Source: an uncultured candidate division Zixibacteria bacterium
GTDB taxonomy: Bacteria; Zixibacteria; MSB-5A5; UBA10806
Assembly (NCBI GenBank): GCA_963817915.1
Contig: CAWFQL010000012.1
Coordinates: forward strand, 639,877-703,876
Length of the DNA: 64,000 bases
Reading direction: 5' to 3'
Shown here in pieces: positions 1-11,437 of this stretch (its first letter is position 1; each line of letters begins with the position of its first letter). The notes beneath the pieces are model-generated. The model was not told the origin of the DNA, did no database searches, and saw nothing but the letters and a program-made list of their open reading frames with translations. The translations under genes were made by a program, and so were the position numbers.

Positions 1-2
1 AT

Positions 3-2048
3 TTGATTCAGCATGCTTACAATCCGGTGGATTGGTATCCCTGGTGCGAGGAAGCGTTTGAGAAAGCGCTCCGTGAAAATAAACCGATCTTTCTCTCGAT
101 AGGATATTCCAGCTGTCATTGGTGTCATGTCATGGAAAAAGAATCATTCGAGGATCCGCTAATAGCTGAAATGATGAATAATAGTTTTATAAGTATCAAA
201 GTCGACAGGGAAGAGCGGCCGGATATCGACAATATCTATATGACAGTCTGTCAGCTTATATCCGGGAGCGGCGGCTGGCCTCTTAATATTATCATGACTC
301 AGGATATGAAACCTTTTTTCGCCGCGACCTTTATTCCTAAAGAATCTCGTTTCGGGAAAATGGGGCTGATCGATCTTATTCCAAGAGTAAACGATGTGTG
401 GGTGAATAGGCATTACGAAGTAATTGAATCGGCATCCGGTATAACGGAAGCGTTGCTCCAGGTTGACAATGATCGGCAGTCGGGCAGCATAAATGATAAT
501 TCAATGGAGCTTGCATATCGGCAGCTTCATCGTCATTTCGATAAGACTAATGGCGGATTCGGCCGGGCACCCAAATTTCCCACACCGCATAATTTGTCTT
601 TCTTATTAAGATATTATGAGAAAACCGGTGATGACGAAGCTCTCGTGATGGCGGAAAAGACATTGCAGCAAATGGGTAACGGGGGAATATTCGACCATAT
701 AGGCTTTGGTTTTCATAGGTATTCAACCGATAGTCAATGGCTGGTTCCGCATTTCGAAAAAATGCTTTACGATCAGGCCCAGATCGCGAATGCCTATATT
801 GAAGCCTTTCAACTGACTCGAAATGCCGAGTATGAAAAAACGACCCGCGAGATTTTTGATTATGTCGGCAGAGAATTGAGAGATGAGAAGGGCGGATTCT
901 ATTGCAGCGAGGACGCCGACAGCGATGGTATCGAAGGCAAGTATTATCAATGGGACGAAAACGAAATTCGGAGTATTTTGGGAGATGACGCCGACCTATT
1001 TATCAGAGTATTTAATATTTCCGCTGATGGTAATTTTATACATCAGCCATCGGGCAAGCGAATTGGCAAAAATATTCTCTATCGAACCTCATCTATCGAT
1101 GACCTGGTGCGAAGTCTATCTATCACCAAATCCGATATCGAATCAAAAATAGAGACCTGCCGACAAAAATTATTTGCGGTAAGGAATATGAGGTCGCGGC
1201 CGTTCAAGGATGACAAGATTCTTGTCGACTGGAATGGCCTCATGATAGCGGCTCTATCAAAGGCATCTCAGGTATTCGATGATAGCCATTTTGCGGAAAT
1301 GGCGAAAGCGGCCGCCGATTTTGTACTCGATAATATGCAAACACCTCAGGGAAGATTGCTGCATAGATATAGAGACGACCAGGCGGCTGTGACGGGCAAT
1401 CTTAACGATTGTGCATTTTTTGTCTGGGGATTAATGGAATTATATGAAGCGACATTCGATATTAAATATCTCAAAGAAGCAATCAGGCTTAATGATGACA
1501 TGATAAGTCATTTCTGGGATTCTCAAAATGGTGGATTCTTTTTCCTTCCAGACGACGGCGAAAAGCTTCTTGTCCGGCAAAAACAATTTATTGATGGCGC
1601 CGAACCGTCCGGCAATTCTGTCGCCTTAATGAATTTAATCCACCTCGCCCGAATTACGGGAAAGGCGGACTATTATGCGATAATAGCGAGGCTCTTCGAT
1701 CTATTCGCCGGGCAAATCGAAAAATCTCCAACCGCTTTTACTCAATTTTTATGCGCCGTGAATTATGAATTCGGGCCGTCCGCGGAAGTTTTGATAGTTG
1801 GTGATTCAGCGGATAAGGATACCAGGGAAATTCTGAGAACAATTCGAAAAAGTTATTTTCCCAATATGATAATGCTGCTACGCTCCCCCAATGGAAATTT
1901 GGCCGAATTCGATTCCATAGTGGATTTTGCAAAAGACATGGTTATGATAAACAACAAGCCAACTTTATATTTATGCCGCAATCGAACATGTGAATTGCCG
2001 ACAAACGATGTCAATGAAGTGATACTAATATTGAAAGAAAATAAATAA
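3..2048 (+). CDS. Thioredoxin-domain protein, YyaL/SSP411 family (5' end cut by window edge)
   Basis: [48 protein letters not shown] motifs. The usual ~12 N-terminal residues are missing at the window start. Confidence 0.92.
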   Translation: MIQHAYNPVDWYPWCEEAFEKALRENKPIFLSIGYSSCHWCHVMEKESFEDPLIAEMMNNSFISIKVDREERPDIDNIYMTVCQLISGSGGWPLNIIMTQDMKPFFAATFIPKESRFGKMGLIDLIPRVNDVWVNRHYEVIESASGITEALLQVDNDRQSGSINDNSMELAYRQLHRHFDKTNGGFGRAPKFPTPHNLSFLLRYYEKTGDDEALVMAEKTLQQMGNGGIFDHIGFGFHRYSTDSQWLVPHFEKMLYDQAQIANAYIEAFQLTRNAEYEKTTREIFDYVGRELRDEKGGFYCSEDADSDGIEGKYYQWDENEIRSILGDDADLFIRVFNISADGNFIHQPSGKRIGKNILYRTSSIDDLVRSLSITKSDIESKIETCRQKLFAVRNMRSRPFKDDKILVDWNGLMIAALSKASQVFDDSHFAEMAKAAADFVLDNMQTPQGRLLHRYRDDQAAVTGNLNDCAFFVWGLMELYEATFDIKYLKEAIRLNDDMISHFWDSQNGGFFFLPDDGEKLLVRQKQFIDGAEPSGNSVALMNLIHLARITGKADYYAIIARLFDLFAGQIEKSPTAFTQFLCAVNYEFGPSAEVLIVGDSADKDTREILRTIRKSYFPNMIMLLRSPNGNLAEFDSIVDFAKDMVMINNKPTLYLCRNRTCELPTNDVNEVILILKENK

Positions 2049-2114
2049 CGCTCCAACGAGTATTTTTTAATTCATAATCAAATGAAATATAATAAGTTAA
2101 GATGCAAAATAAAC

Positions 2115-2142
2115 TTGACATTCGGTGATATTTTCATATCTT
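2115..2142 (+). promoter_or_regulatory. Putative sigma70-type promoter of the M6 protease gene
   Basis: TTGACA-N16-TATCTT about 70 bp upstream of ATG 2211. Confidence 0.5.
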
Positions 2143-2210
2143 AACGAATGAAATGGAAATATTGAAAAATACTCGTTTTTCAGAAAAATAGATTTCGAGG
2201 GAGCTTCTAA

Positions 2211-4832
2211 ATGAAAACAAAATTGCTATTAATTTGTCTTTTCTTTTCATTCGCCAACATTGCTTCGGCAGTCAGCATATCTCCTAAAATCATAGAATAT
2301 CTAAAATCGACAGGTCAGATTGAATCGATTGTTAATGCCGATAGGGCCGCGCGTGCCAATGGAGTTTGGGCACCCAATCAATATCCATATCGTCCAAATG
2401 TAGCGACCGATGTTGATACACTTCACTGCTTGATAATATTGGTTGATTTTGATGACATGCCGCATGAAAACGGTTTTCATTCCGAGCCGCCTGATTTTGA
2501 CACATTGCTTTTCTCCGAAAACTTCACGCAAACGGGCAGCATGACTGATTATTATATGGAAAATTCGTATGGCCAGGCGCTTTTATTGGGCCAGGTCACG
2601 GATTGGTATAGAATGCCCGAACTGTATTCTTATTATGTCAATGGTCAACGCGGATTTGGTTCGTATCCTCGTAACGCTCAAAGATTAACCGAAGACGCCA
2701 TCGCGGCCGCTGACCCCGACGTCGATTTCTCACAATATGATAATAATGGCGACGGAAGAGTAGACGCGCTTTTTGTTATTCACGCGGGCCCCGGATACGA
2801 GGATACAGGAAATTTAAATTATATCCATTCACACGCCTGGGTAATCAGCCACCAGACTGAAATGGATGGCGTAATAATTTATGGTTATTCAATGGAACCG
2901 GAAGAAACCGGATCAGGCAATTTGGTCACAATCGGCGTTTTTTGTCATGAATTCGGTCATGTTCTGGGAGTGCCTGATCTGTATGACTATGATTATGATT
3001 CCGATGGCACCGGAATGTGGTCGCTTATGTCAGGCGGAAGTTGGGGAGGCGGCGGTGCGGTTCCGGTCCAGCTCGATGCCTGGAGCAAAATACAATTGGG
3101 ATTTATCGCGCCGGTAATCTTATCAGATAATCTGGTCAATCAGCAGATCGATGCTGTCGAGTATAATCCGCAGGTCTATCAGCTATTTGATCAAGGGTCA
3201 TATGACTCGCAGTATTTTCTGGTCGAAAATCGGCAGAGGAGGCTGTTTGATGTCAGTTTGCCTGGGAGCGGTCTTTTGATTTACCATGTAGATGAAACGC
3301 AACCAAACAATGACGATCAGACCCATTATAAAGTAGCGGTCGAGCAGGCTGATGGCAGATTCAATCTCGAGCACGCACAGGGTAGCGATAACGGCGATCC
3401 CTGGCCTGGTTCAACAAATAACCGTGTTTTCAATGATCAATCGGTTCCCAATTCCTATTTCTATTTTGATGTGCCTTCCCAGGTCTCAATAACAGCTATC
3501 AGTGATTCCGATTCATCTATGTTTGCGGATTTATCAATTATGTATCTTGACCCGTACTATGAGATTCTAGGAATATCAATTAATGATTCCACTGGAAATA
3601 ATAATGGTCGTCCGGACGCAGGAGAGACATGCAGAATGCTCTTCACCGCCCAGAATTCCAGGGCTCAAGTAGATGATTTGGTGGTAACAGTAAGCAGCGA
3701 CGATCCCAATATCGCGTTTGGCGATTCAGTCTCGAATTTTGGTTTTATGCCGATTAACGAGCCATTTAATAATTCTACGGATCCGATCGCTTTTTCAGTC
3801 GCTCAAAATTATACAGCGCGTTTTGCTACATTCTATTTCGATTTTTCTGCCCGCAATGGCACTTATAATCAGCGGATCAGCCGACGTTTATTAGTTGGGA
3901 ATCCTGAAATAATCCTTGTTGATGATGATGCCGGAACAGCCATAGATACATTTTATACGACCATGCTCGACAGCCTCGGGAATACATATGAAGTATGGAA
4001 CGTCTCTACTCAGGGATCTCCCTCATCGACCCTATTAAGTTACTCCAGCGTAATCTGGGAAACTGGTGATGCTCGTTCAAACGCTATATCTCCTGAAAAT
4101 GTCAGCGCGATCACCGCATATCTCTCAAATGGCGGAAGGATTCTGATTTCCAGTCAGGATTTTGTCCAGAATCTTTCTGAGAGAGCCCAGCCAGCCGATT
4201 TGACTCTTCTTAACGATTATTTAAAGGTTACCTATTCTATGCGCGAAATTAATGCCGCGGTTAATGGCGATTCGGGAACCATATTTGAGGAACATAGCTA
4301 TATTACCGCCGGCAATGGTGGCGCGGGTAACCAATCATCCCGCGATGCTCTTCTGGTTCAGCAGGGCGGAATAGAAATTATGAAATATCTCAGCGGACGA
4401 ACCGCAGCTGTCGGTGTCATCAATGGTTATGTAGCATTGACGGTAGGGTTTGGCGCGGAATCGATCAATAACCGGGCTAATACTTTTGATCATCGCGATG
4501 ATTTTTTGCACACGGCTCTGCTGTTTTTAGCCACGCCGACATCTATCAGCGATCCCAATGCGACATTGCCGAGCAAAAGCCTAATTGCCGAAAATTACCC
4601 GAATCCATTCAATAGTAGCGCCAATATCAAGTTTGTCCTGAATAGAAATGCTGAAGTTTCATTTAAGATATTCAATATTGCGGGGCAAATAGTGGCGGAT
4701 CTTTCGGGAAATTATCATACCGGCGAAAATATCGTAAACTGGGATGCTTCGAAATTTACATCAGGGGTCTACTTCTACAATATCAGAACCGATGAAGCAT
4801 CAATTGCGAAGAAAATGATTTTGATCAAATAA
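2211..4832 (+). CDS. Secreted M6 (immune inhibitor A-like) zinc metalloprotease with C-terminal T9SS/FlgD-type sorting domain
   Basis: Signal peptide; ILVDF.D; HAGPG; HSHAW; zinc motif HEFGHVLGVPDLYD; SLM..GSW; YFLVENRQ; GLLIYHVD; C-terminal NYPNPFN...SGVYFY...KKMILIK. Confidence 0.9.
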   Translation: MKTKLLLICLFFSFANIASAVSISPKIIEYLKSTGQIESIVNADRAARANGVWAPNQYPYRPNVATDVDTLHCLIILVDFDDMPHENGFHSEPPDFDTLLFSENFTQTGSMTDYYMENSYGQALLLGQVTDWYRMPELYSYYVNGQRGFGSYPRNAQRLTEDAIAAADPDVDFSQYDNNGDGRVDALFVIHAGPGYEDTGNLNYIHSHAWVISHQTEMDGVIIYGYSMEPEETGSGNLVTIGVFCHEFGHVLGVPDLYDYDYDSDGTGMWSLMSGGSWGGGGAVPVQLDAWSKIQLGFIAPVILSDNLVNQQIDAVEYNPQVYQLFDQGSYDSQYFLVENRQRRLFDVSLPGSGLLIYHVDETQPNNDDQTHYKVAVEQADGRFNLEHAQGSDNGDPWPGSTNNRVFNDQSVPNSYFYFDVPSQVSITAISDSDSSMFADLSIMYLDPYYEILGISINDSTGNNNGRPDAGETCRMLFTAQNSRAQVDDLVVTVSSDDPNIAFGDSVSNFGFMPINEPFNNSTDPIAFSVAQNYTARFATFYFDFSARNGTYNQRISRRLLVGNPEIILVDDDAGTAIDTFYTTMLDSLGNTYEVWNVSTQGSPSSTLLSYSSVIWETGDARSNAISPENVSAITAYLSNGGRILISSQDFVQNLSERAQPADLTLLNDYLKVTYSMREINAAVNGDSGTIFEEHSYITAGNGGAGNQSSRDALLVQQGGIEIMKYLSGRTAAVGVINGYVALTVGFGAESINNRANTFDHRDDFLHTALLFLATPTSISDPNATLPSKSLIAENYPNPFNSSANIKFVLNRNAEVSFKIFNIAGQIVADLSGNYHTGENIVNWDASKFTSGVYFYNIRTDEASIAKKMILIK

Positions 4833-4855
4833 TTCTAAAATATATTTAGCCTATG

Positions 4856-4896
4856 AAGAATATGAGGTTTTGCCGAAAAACCTCATATTCTTTTTT
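4856..4896 (+). terminator. Intrinsic terminator
   Basis: 16-bp stem AAGAATATGAGGTTTT/AAAACCTCATATTCTT followed by a T-run. Confidence 0.85.
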
Positions 4897-5121
4897 CACT
4901 ATTTATTTCTCATATAACCAGTAACAATGCGTGCGACCTGTGAAGCAGATTGCACACATTTTATCATCAGAATAGGGACTTCCAATTGGGGGAATACGAC
5001 AACTCCGTTTGACATTTGGAATCCGACATTAATTTTACTGCTAATCTTTTTAACTCATTGATAAATAATGCGTTATATATTTAAGATTGAGCCATTAAAG
5101 CGGCAATTTCGTGGCTTTGCA

Positions 5122-5137
5122 GGGCACGCATTTTGCT
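5122..5137 (+). promoter_or_regulatory. Putative sigma54 (-24/-12) promoter
   Basis: GGGCACGCATTTTGCT is GG-N10-GC with CACG and TTGC, 1 mismatch to TGGCACGNNNNTTGCW. It lies in a 460-bp intergenic region. Confidence 0.65.
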
Positions 5138-5299
5138 CTTAATGATTTTCGGATAATCGTCTTATTTATTAAAAAATCAATAGAATGAATTGGAAGTCAA
5201 AAAAAGGTGAAAGGAGCAGTAAATGAGGGAAGGGGCTTTATGCCCAAAGGTAGTTTTTTTCTTAAACCAATTAGACTTGAATAATGAAGGAGAATGGAA

Positions 5300-7567
5300 A
5301 TGAAGAAATTTTTAATCACTTTTTTGGCATTAGCTTTAATGTGTAATATCGCATTAGCGGAAAGCTTGACTGCTGACCGCGCTGTTAATGTTGAGCGGGC
5401 CAAAATATCGCCAATTAGTTCGGCTGATCTTTCAAATGTCGCGACACCCAAGCCACAGGTGGGAATTGCCCCGACCCCCAATCAGAATATCATTCTGCAG
5501 GGCGGCGACAATGTTAGCTCACCCACAGTCATAGCTTCATTGCCGTACAGTGATAATGGTACTACTGTCGGTTACACTAATGATTACGCTGGCAGTTGCA
5601 GCTCAGACAACGGCGCGCCGGATGTCGTATATTCATATGCTCCTGCCGGCAATGCAAGCATCAATATTGAATTATGCGGCAGCAGTTTTGATACACGTCT
5701 TTATGTGTTCGAAAATTCGCCGTCGACAGAAATTGCCTGCAATGATGATGATTGCGCTCTTCAATCGAGACTTACCGATGTCAGCTTAACTGCTGGAAAT
5801 ACCTACTATATCGTAGTAGATGGTTACTGGGTTGCCAGCGGCGCCTATGTTATCAATGTTACTGAAAATTTGGCGTGCGACGTAGTATGCCCAGCCGCTA
5901 GTATTCCCGAAGGCGAACCGGCTTGCGGCGATGATTATGTTGACGCTACCAATGGCGGCTGCAATTCAGCTCCGCCGGTATTTGGATCGATAGCCGATGG
6001 TGATACCATCTGTGGTACATCCGGCACGTTCATTTTAGGCGGTTCTGATTACCGCGATACAGATTGGTATCTATTCACAATTACTGAAGCCAAGGATATC
6101 GTAACTTCGGTAGTTGCGGAATTCGATGTTAATTTTTACCTTATTCAAATGGGCAATCCGGATCTTTGCACCGGATATACAATCGTATCGAACACTAATG
6201 CGGCTCCCTGCGTTACTGCGTCAATTGAATCAACTATACAGCCCGGCAGCTATGTTATCTGGGTTGGTCCCAGCACCTATACCGGAGTTCCCTGCAATTC
6301 CGATTACTTTGTTTCGTTGAACTTTACTAATCCTCCTGGCCCGCCCGCGAACGATAATTGCGCCAACGCCACTTCAATTGGCGATGTCAACGCTCTTCCG
6401 TTCTCCACCACACTTGCCACATTCGATGGCTCTGGCGGCTGCCTGACTTCTCCAAACGTTTGGTATCTCTTTTCAAATCCAGATGGCGGACAGGTTACAG
6501 TCAGCCTATGCGGATCATCTTATGATACCAAAGTCGCAGTTTATGATGGTTCAAATTGCGATGCCGCTCAGATCGGTTGCAATGATGATTTCTGCAATTT
6601 ACAGTCACAGCTCGTATTTACGGCGGCTCCCGGCAGCGACTATCTTATTGAAATCGGCGGCTGGCAGTCCTCTATTGGAGACGGTGTCTTGACAGTCACA
6701 ACAGCCGCTCCTCCGCAGGATCCATGCACCAATTCGGTATACCATAATGGTTCGCCTGATTGGATTAATGGATTAGCATGCGACCGCAGAGCCGATGGCA
6801 GTCTCGAAGCCTGGATTGTCGACGATGTCGTCGTAAGCAGCAGCATAGATATCGAAGAACTCCATTTCTGGACATTGACTCAGAATGGCTATGATTTCCA
6901 GAATACAGGCGACGTAGTTATTTACAATAATGACGGCGCAAATGGGACTCCCGGCTCAGTAGTAGTTGAGCTTAATGATGTGCCCGCGACAAGAGAGGAT
7001 CTTGGCGAAACTCATTTCAATATTCCAGCCTACATCTATGAAATTTCAGGCTTGAATATTCATCTCAATGCTGGAACCTACTTCATCGGCATGCGTCCGG
7101 TCAATTCCGGCACTATCGCCCAGAACTACTGGGGTACAACAGCTGTCAACGGCTCCGAAATCTATTTCAAATCAGTCTATTTTGGTTATCCGAACTTTGT
7201 ACCGGGTAGCACATTATTCGGCGGCGCTTACGATGTAGCATTCTGTATCTCCGGTACCGCTACTTCAGTTGACGACAATAATGTTCCTACCAAGGTCAAT
7301 ATTCTTTCCAACTATCCGAACCCGTTCAATCCATCAACCGATATTTCCTTCGCGGCTTTGAAGAACGGCGATGTCAGACTTGAAGTCTTCAACCTTACCG
7401 GTCAGAAAGTAAGAACCTTGATCGATGGTTATATGATGTCAGGTCCGAAGTCGGTTAAGTGGGATGGTAAATCCGATAATGGCTCTTCGGTTTCATCCGG
7501 CGTCTATTACTACAAACTCACGACAGAAGACGGAGTTCAGGTTAAGAAGATGACTCTCATGAAGTAG
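5300..7567 (+). CDS. Secreted Cys/Asp-rich multidomain protein with repeated PPC-like beta domains and T9SS/FlgD-type sorting domain
   Basis: AGGAG 7 nt before ATG 5300 (ORF track starts at 5294); signal peptide; duplicated LCGSS(F/Y)DT...CNDD.C.LQS.L module; C-terminal NYPNPFN...SGVYYY...KKMTLMK. Confidence 0.8.
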   Translation: MKKFLITFLALALMCNIALAESLTADRAVNVERAKISPISSADLSNVATPKPQVGIAPTPNQNIILQGGDNVSSPTVIASLPYSDNGTTVGYTNDYAGSCSSDNGAPDVVYSYAPAGNASINIELCGSSFDTRLYVFENSPSTEIACNDDDCALQSRLTDVSLTAGNTYYIVVDGYWVASGAYVINVTENLACDVVCPAASIPEGEPACGDDYVDATNGGCNSAPPVFGSIADGDTICGTSGTFILGGSDYRDTDWYLFTITEAKDIVTSVVAEFDVNFYLIQMGNPDLCTGYTIVSNTNAAPCVTASIESTIQPGSYVIWVGPSTYTGVPCNSDYFVSLNFTNPPGPPANDNCANATSIGDVNALPFSTTLATFDGSGGCLTSPNVWYLFSNPDGGQVTVSLCGSSYDTKVAVYDGSNCDAAQIGCNDDFCNLQSQLVFTAAPGSDYLIEIGGWQSSIGDGVLTVTTAAPPQDPCTNSVYHNGSPDWINGLACDRRADGSLEAWIVDDVVVSSSIDIEELHFWTLTQNGYDFQNTGDVVIYNNDGANGTPGSVVVELNDVPATREDLGETHFNIPAYIYEISGLNIHLNAGTYFIGMRPVNSGTIAQNYWGTTAVNGSEIYFKSVYFGYPNFVPGSTLFGGAYDVAFCISGTATSVDDNNVPTKVNILSNYPNPFNPSTDISFAALKNGDVRLEVFNLTGQKVRTLIDGYMMSGPKSVKWDGKSDNGSSVSSGVYYYKLTTEDGVQVKKMTLMK

Positions 7568-7594
7568 TCTTTTTCTAAGCAAATAAACTCTAAC

Positions 7595-7624
7595 AGCCCC
7601 TTCCAATTCGGGAGGGGCTTTTTT
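7595..7624 (+). terminator. Intrinsic terminator
   Basis: AGCCCCTTCC-loop-GGGAGGGGCT followed by TTTTT. Confidence 0.85.
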
Positions 7625-7638
7625 AATTCACAAAAATC

Positions 7639-7667
7639 TTGACAATGTTAATCGCAAAATCTATGAT
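7639..7667 (+). promoter_or_regulatory. sigma70-type promoter of the cobalamin operon
   Basis: TTGACA-N17-TATGAT immediately upstream of the riboswitch. Confidence 0.75.
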
Positions 7668-7671
7668 TTCG

Positions 7672-7830
7672 CTGTTGTAAGCAGGGTCTAAAGACCCCGA
7701 TGGGAAGATGGTGAGATGCCATCACAGCCCCGCTACTGTAAGCGGATAAGCGCCATGATATAAGCCACTCCGGAAAGCCGGGGGAAGGCATGGCCGCCTC
7801 GCAAGAGGTTCGCAAGTCAGGATACCATCG
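7672..7830 (+). ncRNA. Cobalamin (B12) riboswitch
   Basis: Conserved elements in order: GGGAA, GGTGAGATGCC, CAGCCCCGCTACTGTAA, GCCACT...GGGAAGG, B12-box AAGTCAGGATACC. Upstream of a TonB receptor. Boundaries approximate. Confidence 0.93.
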
Positions 7831-7867
7831 CATGAATAATCACTTACCTTCGAGGGCGAGGTTGGGA

Positions 7868-10121
7868 GTGATAAGCAGAGACTTAAAATTTCATAAGGCA
7901 TTTTACTTTAATTGCGTTATTTGGCATTCGAATTATTTTAGATATCAAAAATCAATAATCTCGATTAGTGTAATTGCCATAATACTGGTTTTTGGCTTTT
8001 GCTCAGATATTTTTTGTCAAAGCGAAATAAAGATATCCGGCGAAGTAATAGATCAATCTACTGGCGCGCCGATTCCTGGTGTTATTGTCACATGTAATAA
8101 CCTTAATAAAACGGCAATTTCGGATAATAGGGGATATTTCTATTTTGTCGATCTGCCGAATGGCACAGTCCTACTTGCGGCCAAAAGAATCGGTTATAAA
8201 GATTCATCGCCCATCAATGCGGAAATAAACAACAATTCTGCGAATCGAATAACAATCCTGATGTATCCGGAGCCCCTGATAACTGAGCCGCAAGAGATTT
8301 TGGGCAGTCGTCTTCAGCCAGTAACTATCGAGAATGTCGGGAATAAGACTTATGTGGAAATTAGAGGCGAGAATTCCGAGCCTATCGAACAGATAATTGA
8401 TCGCATCCCGGAATTGGAATTAGTGCATTCAGGATCATCGGAGTTTCTGCGAATCAGGGGAGCGCAACTCAACGGCACCCTGGTGATGTTGGATGGCCGG
8501 GAAATAAATTCAGGATTGACATCGAAGGGTGATATCTCATCAATTCCCTTCGCGTCTGTCAGAAAAATCGAAATTATCAGAGGTGGAAACTATGAACTAT
8601 CTGGTCTGGCCGGAAGCGTTAATTTTATTACCACACAATTTAATAATAAAGTCTCGGCGGCTGCTAATATCGATAGGGGAAGTTTTGGTTATGAATCATA
8701 TAATCTGACTCTGAGTAAACCACTAAATTCCTGGCTAAATCTTGGTATTGATTCCAAAAGCACATATTCAAGAGGCGATTTTAAATATTCCAATCCTCGC
8801 GACTCAATTGAAGCGCGACGGAATAATTACTTTAAGGATGTGAATATATTCGGCCGTTTGAATTTTGATTTTAGTCCGCTTAAAGTCAATATTAAGGGTC
8901 GGCTATTCAAAAGAAATGCGGGAGTTCCGGGGCCGATGCTTCAGCTTACCCCACTGGCGAATTATACATTGAAAGAAGAAGAGCTTTGGTCCGATGCGAC
9001 TCTGGCTCTCGGAAACCGATCCGAAATTGGATATATCGCCGGGATATCAAACAGGCTGGCGGAATATGATAGTCCGCGGACACCTGACCAATTTTATACC
9101 CTACGAGACATCATTCAAGGAAAATGCCGGCGATCTGAAAATCCAATATCAATTTCGCGGCGGATTTGATTCGGATATTTATCTTTCGCTTCGTGATGAA
9201 AGCCTCGATGGTGAAGATCATATCCGGCCGCAATCAAGCTTTGGGAAGCATAACCGGTTTACGAATTCGTTCGGGTTGGGCGCCACCTTCCGCCTTCCGG
9301 AGATATTGAATGACAGAATACAAAATATAGTAATTATGGGATTCAGAAAAGATGGAGGAAATGAGGGCGATTTTTGGGCGCCGTCAGGGACTTTTCGTTC
9401 AAATTTAAAATTACCATTCAATCCCGGATTTGATTTTTCCATATATCGTACGCGCCGTCTGCCTGATCTGACGGATCTATATTGGAAAGAAGATGTTTTT
9501 GCAGCCTCCAATCCAGACCTAAAACCTGAAACTTCGACCGGTTTTGAAATAAGATTTGATTGTAGTTTCGATGTAAAAGGCCAATTCAAGTTCAAGGGAT
9601 CGAAATTTCAGAATAGTTTCGATAATATCATTGTTTGGCGCAAATGGAGCGGAGATAAATTCAAGCCTGTTAATATTTCGAAATCCGAAATTTCGGGTTG
9701 GGATTTCTCGGCAGAGTACAAATCCGCATTTATTCCAATGACTATCTCCTGGAACGCCGATATCATCAAGCCTCTAAATAAAGAGCCCGAGATTGTTCAT
9801 CACAACAAATACCTGACTTTCAGGCCAATTGGCACTCAATCTTCGGGCATTGAGTACGACAATAACCGTCTGAAGCTTAAGCTAACAGGGCATCATATTG
9901 GCAGGAGATACACAACCGAAGAAAATACTAAATCGCTTCCCGCTGTTTTTACAATCGATTTTTTGTCGGAGTATCGTATTAATCTTAAATCCCTGGCCAT
10001 TTTCATGGGATTTACAATCAAGAATTTGACCGACAAACAATACGAAATAATCGACAATCAACCCGAGAGGCCGAGAGAATATATTATTCATTTGGGACTT
10101 TCAAGAGGAGACCACCTATGA
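7868..10121 (+). CDS. btuB: BtuB-like TonB-dependent cobalamin receptor, split by a +1 frameshift at ~9085 (probably a sequencing error)
   Basis: N-terminal carboxypeptidase-regulatory-like domain and plug motifs (LRIRGA, VMLDG, IEIIRGG...G.VNF) in ORF 7790-9169; barrel motifs (NPDLKPE, N.I.W, NLTDKQY) in ORF 8994-10121. Downstream of the B12 riboswitch. Start uncertain (GTG 7868 or later). Confidence 0.8.
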
Positions 10122-11437
10122 TTCGCAGAATTATTTTTTTTGTCCTGGCCGCGTTTTCAATTTCATCCGCGAGACGAGAGGCATTTGTCGTCAATAATCT
10201 CGCCGAGACGTTATCGAGAATAGATCTCGAAGCAGGGACAGTACAAAATCATATTACCGTATTGGGACGGGTGCCGAATCAAGTGGCTTACCATAATGGA
10301 TATCTATATGTGGTTAATTCTATATCAGCCAATATTCAAAAGATAGATTCTCAAAGTTATAGCGTTGTCGCGACAATTTCATTACCAGTGGGATCGAATC
10401 CCTATAATATGACATTCGATAATAATTATTGCTATGTGACCGGCTGGATATCGGGCGAAATATATCGAATCAATTTATCATCAGACCAGCTTGATGGCGA
10501 GATTACTATTGGCGGTTATCCTGAGGGAATTTTAGCGCTTGAAGATCATATATATGCCGCTCAAACAGCCTTCAATCCCAATGATTTCTCGTACGGGCAG
10601 GGGCAAATGGCGATTATAAATAGGGCAGGCTTTACATTGGAAGATGAAATCAACATTGGCAAAAATCCGCAATGGATTAATCCAGGTCCGGCAAACACAT
10701 TGCATATTGTCTGCACAGGAAATTATGCAGGCGTTCAAGGATCGATATACATTTATGACTTACTATCATCGACGATATCCGATTCAATTCTAATCGGCGG
10801 GCAGCCTGTTAATATGGCAATTTCCAGGGATAATATTGGCTACGTGGCCGCGGGCGGCTGGGTCGGCAATGGCGTGGTTTATTCTTACAACGCGGTTTCG
10901 CATTCAATTCTGCACGGCCCGGCGAACCCTATCAATGTCGGTATAGGAGTCGCGGCGGTTGCGGTAGATTCCGTCGGCTTTGCATATTCATGCAATATGT
11001 CGACCAGTACGGTATCCAAATTCGATTCATCGGGTTCAATAATCTCGACATTCCAGATGGGGGACGGGCCCAATTCGATTGTAATACTTGATAATCCGCC
11101 GACATCAATCAGCGACAATTCGAATCAAATTTTGCCCGTCGAATTTGGCCTGATCAATAATTATCCGAATCCATTCAATGCAGTTACCTCGATCGTCTAC
11201 CATTTCCAAGCTCAAGGCGCAAATAGCGCTAAGGTCGAGATATTCGATGTTTTGGGGCGAACAATAAAAATGATTGCCATTGCCAATTCCGGATCGAATG
11301 GAACAATCACATGGGATGGAACTGACGAAAATGGTTTTTCTTGTGCCAGCGGTGTATATTTCGGGCGGCTTGTTATCGACAGCTCTGACGGGCTTTATTC
11401 CACCAATAATGTGATTCGAATGACACTGCTTAAGTAG
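10118..11437 (+). CDS. YncE/BtuG-like beta-propeller protein with C-terminal T9SS/FlgD-type sorting domain
   Basis: Signal peptide; YVTN-like repeats (AFVVN, LYVVN, CYVTG; G..P turns); NYPNPFN...WDG...SGVYF...MTLLK; ATGA overlap with the receptor gene. Confidence 0.8.
   Translation: MIRRIIFFVLAAFSISSARREAFVVNNLAETLSRIDLEAGTVQNHITVLGRVPNQVAYHNGYLYVVNSISANIQKIDSQSYSVVATISLPVGSNPYNMTFDNNYCYVTGWISGEIYRINLSSDQLDGEITIGGYPEGILALEDHIYAAQTAFNPNDFSYGQGQMAIINRAGFTLEDEINIGKNPQWINPGPANTLHIVCTGNYAGVQGSIYIYDLLSSTISDSILIGGQPVNMAISRDNIGYVAAGGWVGNGVVYSYNAVSHSILHGPANPINVGIGVAAVAVDSVGFAYSCNMSTSTVSKFDSSGSIISTFQMGDGPNSIVILDNPPTSISDNSNQILPVEFGLINNYPNPFNAVTSIVYHFQAQGANSAKVEIFDVLGRTIKMIAIANSGSNGTITWDGTDENGFSCASGVYFGRLVIDSSDGLYSTNNVIRMTLLK

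Noticed and set aside
7790..7867. N-terminal extension of ORF 7790-9169
   Set aside because: Overlaps the cobalamin riboswitch and its expression platform; not plausible coding sequence
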